Shown: positions 45,934 through 54,906 of the stretch, piece by piece
Layout of the letters: the number at the start of each line of letters is the position of its first letter
Position numbering within the stretch: the stretch's first letter is position 1
Source of the DNA: Minisyncoccota bacterium
GTDB lineage: Bacteria; Patescibacteriota; Minisyncoccia; Phycocordibacterales; UBA2100
DNA length: 64,000 nucleotides
Direction: 5' to 3'
NCBI GenBank assembly: GCA_043780835.1
Contig: JAYWCB010000002.1
Span: forward strand, 27,466 to 91,465
Made by a program: the position numbers and the translations under genes
The notes under the pieces: generated by a model
Told to the model about the DNA's origin: nothing
The model's database searches: none
Seen by the model: only the letters and a program-made list of their open reading frames with translations

Positions 45934-47760
45934 ATGCCTACAACGTCACCAACATTTATTGTATTAACAGAGCTTGTAGGACACGCTCCCGCGTCTCTCA
46001 ATCAAATACAGGCTGTGATTGCACCGCATGTGCATTCCCTGACGGTAACGTGGCTCGCGCTGTGGTGTACAGCGCTTGTCTTTGCAATCCGAGCACTCAT
46101 CAACAAAATCCGATTTCCGGAACTCGATGTGCCGAGTACGACTCCATCGATTTCATTCGAGCTACCACCGATACTCACTCGCATACGCGTCCTGTACAGA
46201 CGATTATTCTCTGTTTCTGAAATTGAGCATTCGCTCGTACTCAGATGGCTCTATGGGGCGATGCTGTTCGGATTCTTTACCTCGTTTGGAAATTGGATAC
46301 TTGATTCGTCGATCACCGCAGAAACTGCTTCGAAAGGTGCGCAGATCTGCTGGACGTATTTTCCGCAGTGTGGTCAGTGGTATGTGCTGCATACCCTGCC
46401 CTACGGATACTCATATACGAGTGTATACATGGTGCTGTACGCCGTCATGCTTGCCTGCGTTTTTGCGATGTGGAAGAAATCGTGGACGTCTGCGCATGCA
46501 TTGATGATGATCCTCTTTGTGTGGAAAGTGCTTGTGATGTTCGTGCTCACCGCTTCTATTCAGGGTGGCCCGAACTACCACCATGTACTGATCACCTTCG
46601 TGCTCTTATTTCTCCCGTATAAGGAGTTTTTCGCGCGCGTGTCGTTTGTCGTCATGTATTTCTTGTCGGCAGTCATCAAGCTTGATGAATCGTGGATACT
46701 GGGCGAATATTTTACATCGCTTCAGTCCGGACTGCCCGTGTTCGGAAACACACTTGCGCCCATCTTTACCAACGCGGTCATCGGCATGCAGATCATTTTG
46801 GGATGGTTTTTGCTCAGTGGAAGAAGTCGCATCCAAAAAACGGCGCTCGTGTGCTTTAGCGTGTTCCATATCTATGCAGGTATTTTTGTCGGGTACACGT
46901 ATCCCATACTCGCGCTCTCCATGCTGTGGATTCTGTTTGGACCACTGTTTCACGTAAGTACAATCCCGCTTAACCGTCGTTCGGTGGCAGGATGGATAAC
47001 ACTCATCGCGCTTTTTGCATTTCATGCACCGGCACATCTCATAGAAGGCGATCAGCGAATGACACAAGAAGGAAGTCGCTTCGGATTGAATTTATTTGAC
47101 GCGAATCATCAGTGTGCGAGTACCCTCTCGATCTACGCTACATCGAGTACACCTGTGCGCGATACGCAATGGTCCGCAAAACCGCGGCAAACCTGTGGTG
47201 ATTATATTTGTCTCACCACCACGATTACGCACGAAGCCGACGACATGGTTGTAACGCGCGAACGGTGGGAATCTCCCGTATCGTGGCAACGGTGTCGCGT
47301 ATCTACGTTTTGGTCAATTGCAAAACAACAGCATTGCAGCGATCCGGGTGTGCTTCGCGTGCAGATGCAATTTGATCACTCAATTGACGGTGGACCGTTT
47401 TACCGCATCGTAGACGAGCAGAATATTTGCACACTTTCATATCAGACATTTAGCCACAACGGCTGGATAAAAATGCCACCAGAAGCACCCATCGTCGGAT
47501 ATCCGGTCAAAAATGTTTTCCGCTACCAGCGTCAAAGCGGCAGCGCGTTCAATGAACGTGCCCCTCAAATTTCTACGTCTTCAGATATCATCGCGCTCAA
47601 CGAACTCGTGGGTAACGATCGGATACAGCGCACCAGTCTCCAGAGCGCGGTTGCGCCATACTTTCCGGTGCTCGTGTTCTTCTGGCGCGTTATCTGGACA
47701 ATGATGTGTGCACTCGTGATCAGTCGCGTGTGGTTTGCATATCAGCGAACCAAAAAATAA
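45934..47760 (+). CDS. Paralog of 44437-45930: large polytopic membrane protein (HTTM-like?) with extra C-terminal TM
   Basis: Colinear similarity, e.g. RLFSVSEIE, HVLITFVLLFLPYKEFF, QFDHSIDGGPFYRIVDE. Confidence 0.4.
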   Translation: MPTTSPTFIVLTELVGHAPASLNQIQAVIAPHVHSLTVTWLALWCTALVFAIRALINKIRFPELDVPSTTPSISFELPPILTRIRVLYRRLFSVSEIEHSLVLRWLYGAMLFGFFTSFGNWILDSSITAETASKGAQICWTYFPQCGQWYVLHTLPYGYSYTSVYMVLYAVMLACVFAMWKKSWTSAHALMMILFVWKVLVMFVLTASIQGGPNYHHVLITFVLLFLPYKEFFARVSFVVMYFLSAVIKLDESWILGEYFTSLQSGLPVFGNTLAPIFTNAVIGMQIILGWFLLSGRSRIQKTALVCFSVFHIYAGIFVGYTYPILALSMLWILFGPLFHVSTIPLNRRSVAGWITLIALFAFHAPAHLIEGDQRMTQEGSRFGLNLFDANHQCASTLSIYATSSTPVRDTQWSAKPRQTCGDYICLTTTITHEADDMVVTRERWESPVSWQRCRVSTFWSIAKQQHCSDPGVLRVQMQFDHSIDGGPFYRIVDEQNICTLSYQTFSHNGWIKMPPEAPIVGYPVKNVFRYQRQSGSAFNERAPQISTSSDIIALNELVGNDRIQRTSLQSAVAPYFPVLVFFWRVIWTMMCALVISRVWFAYQRTKK

Positions 47761-47782
47761 AAACCCGGGCGAACCCGGGTTT
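47761..47782. terminator. Hairpin terminator (aaacccgggc-gaa-cccgggttt), strong on the minus strand (followed by TTATTTTTT)
   Basis: Perfect stem between the convergent 45934-47760(+) and 47801-48028(-) genes. Confidence 0.45.
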
Positions 47783-47800
47783 CTAAAACCGTCATTTCAA

Positions 47801-48028
47801 TTACGCGCAGCTTCGTTCACGGCCGCCGCCGTGACCCTTCATACTGCATGAGCCGACGACCTTCTGTACGCCGGACGGGCACGAGCCGCTTTTCACGTAG
47901 ATAACTTGCTTGCAATTGAGCTCACCCGCCGCTGGCTCTGCGCCGAGGGGATTGCTGCGGCTTTGCGCCTGAGCGGCACCGGCGATCAGCGCAACGAACG
48001 TACACGCGAGTATGGTCGAACGAATCAT
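47801..48028 (-). CDS. Small secreted Cys-rich peptide (75 aa precursor)
   Basis: Signal peptide MIRSTILACTFVALIAGAAQA. Mature region with 5 Cys. Strong SD AGGGAGG 6 nt upstream. Paralog-like to 60303-60551 (shared AQSR after signal). Confidence 0.45.
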   Translation of the reverse strand: MIRSTILACTFVALIAGAAQAQSRSNPLGAEPAAGELNCKQVIYVKSGSCPSGVQKVVGSCSMKGHGGGRERSCA

Positions 48029-48145
48029 TGATTCCTCCCTTGATGAGGCTGCCGGTCGTGTGACAGCTGGCGATTTTATACCACATGCTGGCTAAATTGC
48101 AATCTGCTCAATGACCCGATCTCAGCACAGCGGTATACTCTCACC

Positions 48146-49891
48146 ATGTCGCTACTCGCTGCTCGTGATCGTATTAAACGTGCAATCGAAACACGCGCAT
48201 ATGTAGATGTCAGACAAGGTACGATCGTTCAAAGAAACAAACAGGTGAAGACTGAAGGGTGGCTTATCGATATTCGTTCAATACTACTCGATTCTGATGT
48301 ACTCTCTGACATAGCGGAAGTATTTTGGGACTCGTTTCGAGAAATGAACGATGTGCAGATCGGCGGCATTGAAACTGCCGCTATCCCGCTCATTACCTCG
48401 CTTGTTACACATGCAAAGACGTATGCACAGCGCGAACACACATCGGGATTTTATATACGCAAATCACGAAAGAAAGACGGGCTTCTTAAAATGATCGAAG
48501 GAACACTCGTACCGGATGTGCCAGTGATACTCGTAGATGATCTCATCAATAGCGGACAAAGCCTGATTCGTCAGGTTGAAGTTTTACGCGATCACGGCAC
48601 AGCGGTGCACGCGGTGTGGACCCTTGTGCGATTCCGGGATCCTGAATTCTATACGTATTTTTCAGAGCGGAATATTCCAATATATTCGCTATTCACGCTC
48701 AACGATTTTCACGATTCACTTGGCCTGAGCAATCGGACAAGTGGTGCGCTCGACGAGCGATACGCGCCGTTTCGCGTGCTATGGCGGTACGGCTCGCCAC
48801 GCCCGAGTTACCAACACGTGGTTCCAAAATCTGATCCCGTAATCGACGAGCAGCTACTGTTTATTGGATCTGACACCGGTCACATGCGTGCCTTGCGCCA
48901 AAAAGACGGTGGTATCGCGTGGGAGTTTAAAACCGGCACACACGCACACGGCAAAGGTATTTTTTCTACACCAGCGCTCCACAATGGAGTTCTCTATTTC
49001 GGATCGTATGACGGCAATGTATACGCCCTCGATGCAATGACGGGTCGCACGAAATGGACCTATTGGGATGCGGACTGGGTCGGTTCATCGCCCACTCTTG
49101 CACCCGATCTCGGGATACTCTTTATTGGATTGGAATTCGGATTATGGAGAAAACGCGGCGGCATTGCCGCACTCGATATGCGTACCGGAAAGACGGCGTG
49201 GGAACATATAATGCCGTGCTATACGCACTCATCTCCACTGTATATTCCAAAACACGCGCAGGTCGTTATTGGAAGCAATGACGGCGCAGTGTATTTGTAC
49301 AACGCATCCACCGGCACGCTTCTGTGGAAATATGAAAAAGCCGCCCTCACCGCACGCGAGCTCGAAACGGGATTCGGTGAGCGCGACATCAAAGAATCAT
49401 TTGCCTACGACGCAGCGCGCGACATCATTCTGTTTGGCGCCATGGACGGCACGCTGACCGCGCTCGAGCGCTCAACAGGGAGAGCGCTGCGGTCATTCCA
49501 GGCAGAATTCGGCATCTATTCAACCCCCATTATTCACGGTGATACCGTTATTTTTAGCTCTCTCGATAAACATCTGTATTGCCTCAATATTGATACTTTA
49601 GAATTGAAATGGAGGTGGTACGCAGGTGCTCGTCTATTTGCCACGCCAGTTATCATGGGCGGCATGATATATATCGGTGCCAATACCGGGAGATTAACCG
49701 TACTCGACGCTGAATCAGGCCTCGCTCGCACTTATTTCACCGTAAGCGAACGAATCACAAATAGGATTGCATTCAACCCGATCACGCGACATCTTTTTCT
49801 CACAACGTTTGCCAACGAGGTGTACTGCCTTGAGCAACCACCATCAATGGCAGATATTACGAACCTGCCGGCTCGTACCACTGTGGAATAA
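48146..49891 (+). CDS. Orotate-PRTase-like (type I PRTase) domain fused to a PQQ-repeat beta-propeller; paralog of 58610-60253
   Basis: PRPP-binding loop PVILVDDLINSGQSL, PyrE-like IRKSRKKDGLLKMIEG. Then repeated DGNVYALDAMTGRTKW / DGAVYLYNASTGTLLW / DGTLTALERSTGRAL propeller blades. Confidence 0.55.
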   Translation: MSLLAARDRIKRAIETRAYVDVRQGTIVQRNKQVKTEGWLIDIRSILLDSDVLSDIAEVFWDSFREMNDVQIGGIETAAIPLITSLVTHAKTYAQREHTSGFYIRKSRKKDGLLKMIEGTLVPDVPVILVDDLINSGQSLIRQVEVLRDHGTAVHAVWTLVRFRDPEFYTYFSERNIPIYSLFTLNDFHDSLGLSNRTSGALDERYAPFRVLWRYGSPRPSYQHVVPKSDPVIDEQLLFIGSDTGHMRALRQKDGGIAWEFKTGTHAHGKGIFSTPALHNGVLYFGSYDGNVYALDAMTGRTKWTYWDADWVGSSPTLAPDLGILFIGLEFGLWRKRGGIAALDMRTGKTAWEHIMPCYTHSSPLYIPKHAQVVIGSNDGAVYLYNASTGTLLWKYEKAALTARELETGFGERDIKESFAYDAARDIILFGAMDGTLTALERSTGRALRSFQAEFGIYSTPIIHGDTVIFSSLDKHLYCLNIDTLELKWRWYAGARLFATPVIMGGMIYIGANTGRLTVLDAESGLARTYFTVSERITNRIAFNPITRHLFLTTFANEVYCLEQPPSMADITNLPARTTVE

Positions 49892-50726
49892 CATTCACGG
49901 TTCTAGTTTCGGTAATTGTGGTAGGTGTAGCACCGGCTTTTGAATGGCAGAAGAGTGTGTAATCGGTGCGACTCGTGATCGGACTGGTGACTTTCCCTGA
50001 AGGACCCGAGCCTGAAGAAATTCCTGACGTATCCCACGAACCGGTACGACTCCCTGCGGTGCCGTCGCCGTTTGTGCCATGCACCGTGCAGTCACGTACA
50101 TTTGTTACGTTCCAGTAGACGCGTGATGGATCTCCTGAACGTACGAGTGACGGCCGGACTTCGAGATGCCCTGAGGCACTGAATCCTTGCGTCGTGGTAA
50201 ATCCTATAAATTGTGGTGATTGTGGTGGTAGACACGCATTGCCTTGTGCGGTGTACCCGACCGGACATGCTGGACATGCCCCCAATCTGTCGGGCAGGGA
50301 TCCATCCCAACAGGTTGATGCGTACGTGCTTTCGTATGAGCTTTCTGCGGGACCGGAGGCTTGAGAAGGTCCGGAGGCTTGAGAAGGTCCGGAGGCTTGA
50401 GGTGGAGGATATGCGGCTTCGTAGTAACTCGTAACAGGACCGGAGTCTTGTGGTGGCGGATATGAGGCTTGGTAGTAGCTTTGGTAGTACGCCTGATAGT
50501 ACGCCTGATAGTACGCTTCGTAGTAGTCTACGACAGATCCGCCAGATGCGGGCACAACTTGTAAACCCGATGGCGTGGTATCAGTGAAGCGAGCCTCGGC
50601 TGAAACTGCAACATGATGATTCGACACCCCATTCAAGAGAAAATATGCAATTGCAAAAATTGCCGCCGCAAATAATCCATACCGCAGAAAACGGAATACG
50701 GGGCGCCGATGCGTGTGATGAACCAT
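49857..50726 (-). CDS. Anchored Tyr/Gln/Ser-rich repetitive surface protein
   Basis: N-terminal TM. YYQAYYQAYYQSYYQASY and (GPSQAS)n repeats encoded by DNA tandem repeats. Confidence 0.4.
   Translation of the reverse strand: MVHHTHRRPVFRFLRYGLFAAAIFAIAYFLLNGVSNHHVAVSAEARFTDTTPSGLQVVPASGGSVVDYYEAYYQAYYQAYYQSYYQASYPPPQDSGPVTSYYEAAYPPPQASGPSQASGPSQASGPAESSYESTYASTCWDGSLPDRLGACPACPVGYTAQGNACLPPQSPQFIGFTTTQGFSASGHLEVRPSLVRSGDPSRVYWNVTNVRDCTVHGTNGDGTAGSRTGSWDTSGISSGSGPSGKVTSPITSRTDYTLFCHSKAGATPTTITETRTVNVIPQWYEPAGS
50353..50404. repeat. 18-bp tandem repeat (ccggaggcttgagaaggt) x about 2.8 inside CDS
   Basis: Direct perfect repeats encoding GPSQAS units. Confidence 0.55.
50467..50530. repeat. 12-bp tandem repeat (gcctgatagtac and variants) x about 5 inside CDS
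   Basis: Direct repeats encoding AYYQ units. Confidence 0.5.
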
Positions 50727-50747
50727 ACGTACTACAATTGTACTTCA

Positions 50748-52004
50748 TCAATGCGTCTCTAGAGGAGCGGCTGTGTATAGCGAAGCCCGTCTACCAAGAC
50801 AGACATCGGAATATTTTTTATCAAGCGAGCCGCATCGTTGCGCACGCACAGATGCATCCGGGATGTATATCGAAATACTAGTGGCTAAATCGTTAAAACA
50901 AAAATCCTTTGAACCGTCATCAGCAAGCGTACTGCAAAAACGGAGCGATAATTTCGGATCGGCATCCCCTCCCCAAAAAAAATAGGAGAGTGCATACGAT
51001 TCGCACGCATACGCATCTTCACGTGCTTGAACCAGGTGACACAGACTTTCAACGCGTCGCAACTGCTCATCGGAAAATACACCCTGATCCAGTTTTCGGA
51101 TGTCTTTTTCCCCGACGACACTTACGAAATCTTTTCCAAAACCACCGATACATGAACTGCGGTCCGATCCAAACGGAAGTGCAGTACACGCGCGCATTGC
51201 ATCAGCAAACTTAGACGTGTCTTTCGTACGGAAATCAGATCCTACTGCCGCCAAAAGATGCGGAGTGATGTACACATAACATCGTGCCTTTGCACTCTGC
51301 GGAATAAGCCGCGTCGAGCATGGCGCGAGTGGATCTGAGGCGGTGAAATACGTGGCGTTTGCCTTTTTCCATAGCTCTCGGTCATGGCCGCCCCCGCCCA
51401 CTAATTCCATTATGGATCCTCCGATACACTCCTGCGATTGCATATATTTCCATTCAGCCGTACCGGTTTTCGAACAAAAGCTGATTGTCTTTTCCAAGGA
51501 ATACCCATAATAGGCAAGTACACCATGACCAAGCCCGTGGTAACACATGCCATATGCGCTTTTCCCGCCCGGTGCTTTTTTACATGCAGTGTCGATCATG
51601 GCGCGCACGTCGTCTCCGTCACCGAATTCCTGCAGCGTATCGACGACAATCGAATGTGAGCAACCATTTCTGAATTCCTGCGTGCAGATTGACATGCCGT
51701 CGATTCCCTTCTGTGCATAGAGTTTATGTCCGATTGCATGTGCAACGAGATGAATATCTGTATTCGGCGGAATTACCGCATACCGAAGCACACCGAATGC
51801 GTATTCGGCACCTTTTTTATCGGCAATGTCTTCGAATCGTTTTACGAGCACATCAAATGTCGGATTATCCGCCGCAATAGTCTTTACTTCCGCATATGTT
51901 GCCTCACCGTCGGCCACGTGTACCTTTGACTCTTTTAGATATGCCCCAGCGGCACCCGCGAGCAGTACGAGCAATACAACTATCAGATGTTTCGTCGAAG
52001 TCAT
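50748..52004 (-). CDS. Large secreted Cys-rich hypothetical protein
   Basis: Signal/TM MTSTKHLIVVLLVLLAGAAGA. About 18 Cys. Confidence 0.4.
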   Translation of the reverse strand: MTSTKHLIVVLLVLLAGAAGAYLKESKVHVADGEATYAEVKTIAADNPTFDVLVKRFEDIADKKGAEYAFGVLRYAVIPPNTDIHLVAHAIGHKLYAQKGIDGMSICTQEFRNGCSHSIVVDTLQEFGDGDDVRAMIDTACKKAPGGKSAYGMCYHGLGHGVLAYYGYSLEKTISFCSKTGTAEWKYMQSQECIGGSIMELVGGGGHDRELWKKANATYFTASDPLAPCSTRLIPQSAKARCYVYITPHLLAAVGSDFRTKDTSKFADAMRACTALPFGSDRSSCIGGFGKDFVSVVGEKDIRKLDQGVFSDEQLRRVESLCHLVQAREDAYACESYALSYFFWGGDADPKLSLRFCSTLADDGSKDFCFNDLATSISIYIPDASVRAQRCGSLDKKYSDVCLGRRASLYTAAPLETH

Positions 52005-52034
52005 ACGTGTGAGTATAGATGATACGTAACAGTA

Positions 52035-52817
52035 TTATTCACGAATCCCCTTTGCTGTGGCTGCTGATTCTATTTTCTGTAGATTTTGATGTGCTGCGTT
52101 TCGTAACGTTTCAAGGCCGGTTTCTGCCGCATCCGGAGCATTTCCGGGATATGCTGCGTGCCACTGTGCAGGTGTAATACCATCAACCGCCGCTGTTGCA
52201 CGCCGTGCCGCAACAAGCGCTTCGCGCAGTTTTCCTTGTTCAAAAAAGATCGTAGCGCGCACGCTCAGAAGCCATGGATTGTCTGGATACCGACTAAGTC
52301 CCGCGTCGACTACGATAAGCGCTTCGTCCAGCTTTCCTGTTTTGATCAAAACCCAGGCATAGTCTGTTCGGCCTTCCCAACCACCGGGATTCAGCTCCAC
52401 ATACGTTTTGTAATCTCGGGCGGCAGCATTGTAATCATTGAGATACCCCTCTATAAGACCGCGTAGATAGTACGCACTTGAACGAGATGTGTGGGTGTTA
52501 TTTTGGATTTCAATATTTACTTCTGCAAGTGCTTCGTGATACTCGCCGTTCAAAAAATGAATCCGCGCCAATTGATGGTGCACGAGCGGATATTGTGGAT
52601 CCAGGTGCGCCGCCCGTGAAAAGAAATATGCAGCTTCCGCTAAATCATATTCTGACTCATTCGGTCGGTCGATATGCTGCAGGCCGTATGTATAGGCGAG
52701 CTCTGCGCGCGGATGAAGTTTGAGATGCAGTCGTTCCCGTATGGCTCCGGGATCAATAAGAAATAGTCCGATAATAAATACAGCGGCTACAGTACATGAA
52801 ACGAGGGAGCGAGTCAT
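52035..52817 (-). CDS. N-terminally anchored TPR-repeat protein (paralog of 41096-41908)
   Basis: TM plus TPR; shared YPDNPWLLSVRATIFFEQGK block. Start trimmed to MTRSLV. Confidence 0.5.
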   Translation of the reverse strand: MTRSLVSCTVAAVFIIGLFLIDPGAIRERLHLKLHPRAELAYTYGLQHIDRPNESEYDLAEAAYFFSRAAHLDPQYPLVHHQLARIHFLNGEYHEALAEVNIEIQNNTHTSRSSAYYLRGLIEGYLNDYNAAARDYKTYVELNPGGWEGRTDYAWVLIKTGKLDEALIVVDAGLSRYPDNPWLLSVRATIFFEQGKLREALVAARRATAAVDGITPAQWHAAYPGNAPDAAETGLETLRNAAHQNLQKIESAATAKGIRE

Positions 52818-52833
52818 GAGCGCATTGTACTGT

Positions 52834-53637
52834 TTAGCGCGTACTAGATGTCGCGTTCTTTTGTATAGCCGCATGGATAAGCTTGATATTTCCCGCTATT
52901 GCTTCGCGCAGTTTTTCTATACCCTTTGCACCCATAGAAGGGTCGTTGCCTGGATTTACTTTGGCCCAATCATCTGGTTCAAGCAGTTGCGCCGCTTTGG
53001 CGGCTGATTCTGCAACGGCACGTGATTCATCGTAACGACCCATCTCATAGAGCGCCGTCGCTTTACTGTTCAGCAGCCATGCGTTTCCCGGTGTATATGC
53101 CAAGCCGGTGTCGAGCGCGACAAGCGCCTCCGTAAATTTATGCTCCTTCAGTAATATCCATGCGTAATCGTTGAATCCCGGCCAATTGTGCGACCCGCCT
53201 TTTAAGTATGTTTCGTAATCAGCCTGCGCCTCGGGATATTTGCCGAGGAATCCGTACGTAAGAGCGCGTACATAATACGAACTCGGTCTGGAATCAGGGT
53301 GGAGGTTTATTTGCAGTGTAATTTCGGCTAGCGCGGCATTGAGCATCCCTATGATGAACGACGTTCTCGCGAGCTCATGATATGCCATCGGATAGTTCGG
53401 ATCGAGTGCGACGGTTTTTAAATAGTACTGTCGCGCTCGACGAACATCGTATGCGCGATTCGGGACGGGTCCAAAATGATGCTCGGCAATTTCAAAAGCG
53501 TGTGCCGCCGTCGGTGAATGCATAAACGACACGTCTTCGTACGTATTTAAGATTTTTGTGCGCAAGGGCATTCGAAATGCGATCGCAAATACGACAGCAC
53601 ATAAAGACACAACAAGCATCATCTGTCGCGTGACCAT
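52834..53637 (-). CDS. N-terminally anchored TPR-repeat protein (third paralog)
   Basis: TM plus TPR; TPGNAWLLNSKATALYEMGR block. Start trimmed to MVTRQM. Confidence 0.5.
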   Translation of the reverse strand: MVTRQMMLVVSLCAVVFAIAFRMPLRTKILNTYEDVSFMHSPTAAHAFEIAEHHFGPVPNRAYDVRRARQYYLKTVALDPNYPMAYHELARTSFIIGMLNAALAEITLQINLHPDSRPSSYYVRALTYGFLGKYPEAQADYETYLKGGSHNWPGFNDYAWILLKEHKFTEALVALDTGLAYTPGNAWLLNSKATALYEMGRYDESRAVAESAAKAAQLLEPDDWAKVNPGNDPSMGAKGIEKLREAIAGNIKLIHAAIQKNATSSTR

Positions 53638-53668
53638 GACGCAAGTATACTGCGGTTCCCTCGCGGTG

Positions 53669-54196
53669 TTACTGATGCTCATCGACACCGGAAAATCCAT
53701 GTGGAATGTTATTTCCTTCTATCGGCAGTCCTTCGAGTGACCAATTTTCGAGCCCTCCTTTGATGCGAATAAGATTGAGAAAGCCCCAATTTTCCAAATA
53801 TCCATACGCGATTCCGGCAAGCCTGCCGCTCGTGCAAATCAGCGCAATCTTTTTACCGTGCTTCGGCAAGGTAAAATGTTCATCAATGAGATTTTCAATC
53901 GGTATATTTATCGCGCCAACTGCGTGGGCGGAATTGTAGACAGTCGTCGATCGCACATCGATCAACATATACTGATCGCGGTGCTGAGAATAATCAGCAT
54001 AAAACTCCTTCGGATCGATATCGTTTGATATCGGGGCGATCAGTGTGAGGTGTTTGAGTGGCGTCAGATAGATGAGCAGTATCGTCACAACAATGACGCC
54101 GATGAGTGATGCAATAAACATGAAGCGATCATCGAAAAGACTTACAGAGCCGTCTGCCTCTGCTTTTGCTCGATTCGAAAAATATCGTTTTAACAT
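53669..54196 (-). CDS. Membrane-anchored rhodanese-domain protein (paralog of 41912-42370)
   Basis: LIDVRSTTVYNSAHAVGAINIP...IALICTSGRLAG (Cys loop CTSGRLA). Confidence 0.7.
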   Translation of the reverse strand: MLKRYFSNRAKAEADGSVSLFDDRFMFIASLIGVIVVTILLIYLTPLKHLTLIAPISNDIDPKEFYADYSQHRDQYMLIDVRSTTVYNSAHAVGAINIPIENLIDEHFTLPKHGKKIALICTSGRLAGIAYGYLENWGFLNLIRIKGGLENWSLEGLPIEGNNIPHGFSGVDEHQ

Positions 54197-54200
54197 AAAA

Positions 54201-54899
54201 TTATTTTTTCCCTAAGAGATAGCTGATACTCGTCGCAATCTGCGAACGGTAATCCCCTTTTATGATGATACTGCGTCCTGCGGATTTCAAAACAATAGAC
54301 GGTGTTACGTCGAGTCCGGCAATTGCACCTTGGACCATGTCACGCCTTACCCGATCGGCGGGAGTTTGATTTTTTACACATTGATCGAATGACGCCGGAT
54401 TGACCCCGACGTTCACTGCGAAACGCGTGAGCGTCACCGGATCGACTGGTCCCTCGAGCCGAGGAGAGCTGTAGACATCTGTTACGAAGGTATCAAATGC
54501 CGCCGCGCCACGATCATTAAATACGCACTCGGCGGCAATCGCCTCACCATACGCACCCGTGTGCTTTGGCAGCGGCAGATGACGAAATGCGATCAATAAT
54601 GTATTGGCGAACTCTTTCTGCAATGCGGGGAGAGTCTGCAAATAGAGATGTTTGCAATACGGACAATCAAGATCCGAATACACAATCATTTGAACCGGAG
54701 CTTTCAAATCACCGGAATATATATGATCGTCTGCGGCCACACCAATAACCGCAAGCGGTGATTGATCATCAACGGTCCGGACCTGTTCGAGCGCACGCTT
54801 ATTATGCAAAACAGCCAGTAGAATAAATACACCGATACCGACCGCAGAAATTACTAAGATTAGAATTTTCGAATCACGTTTGATTTTGGAACTTCGCAT
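54201..54899 (-). CDS. Membrane-anchored DsbA-like thiol:disulfide oxidoreductase (paralog of 42371-43045)
   Basis: CPYC active site in YSDLDCPYCKHLY. Confidence 0.7.
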   Translation of the reverse strand: MRSSKIKRDSKILILVISAVGIGVFILLAVLHNKRALEQVRTVDDQSPLAVIGVAADDHIYSGDLKAPVQMIVYSDLDCPYCKHLYLQTLPALQKEFANTLLIAFRHLPLPKHTGAYGEAIAAECVFNDRGAAAFDTFVTDVYSSPRLEGPVDPVTLTRFAVNVGVNPASFDQCVKNQTPADRVRRDMVQGAIAGLDVTPSIVLKSAGRSIIIKGDYRSQIATSISYLLGKK

Positions 54900-54906
54900 G
54901 GAACCG

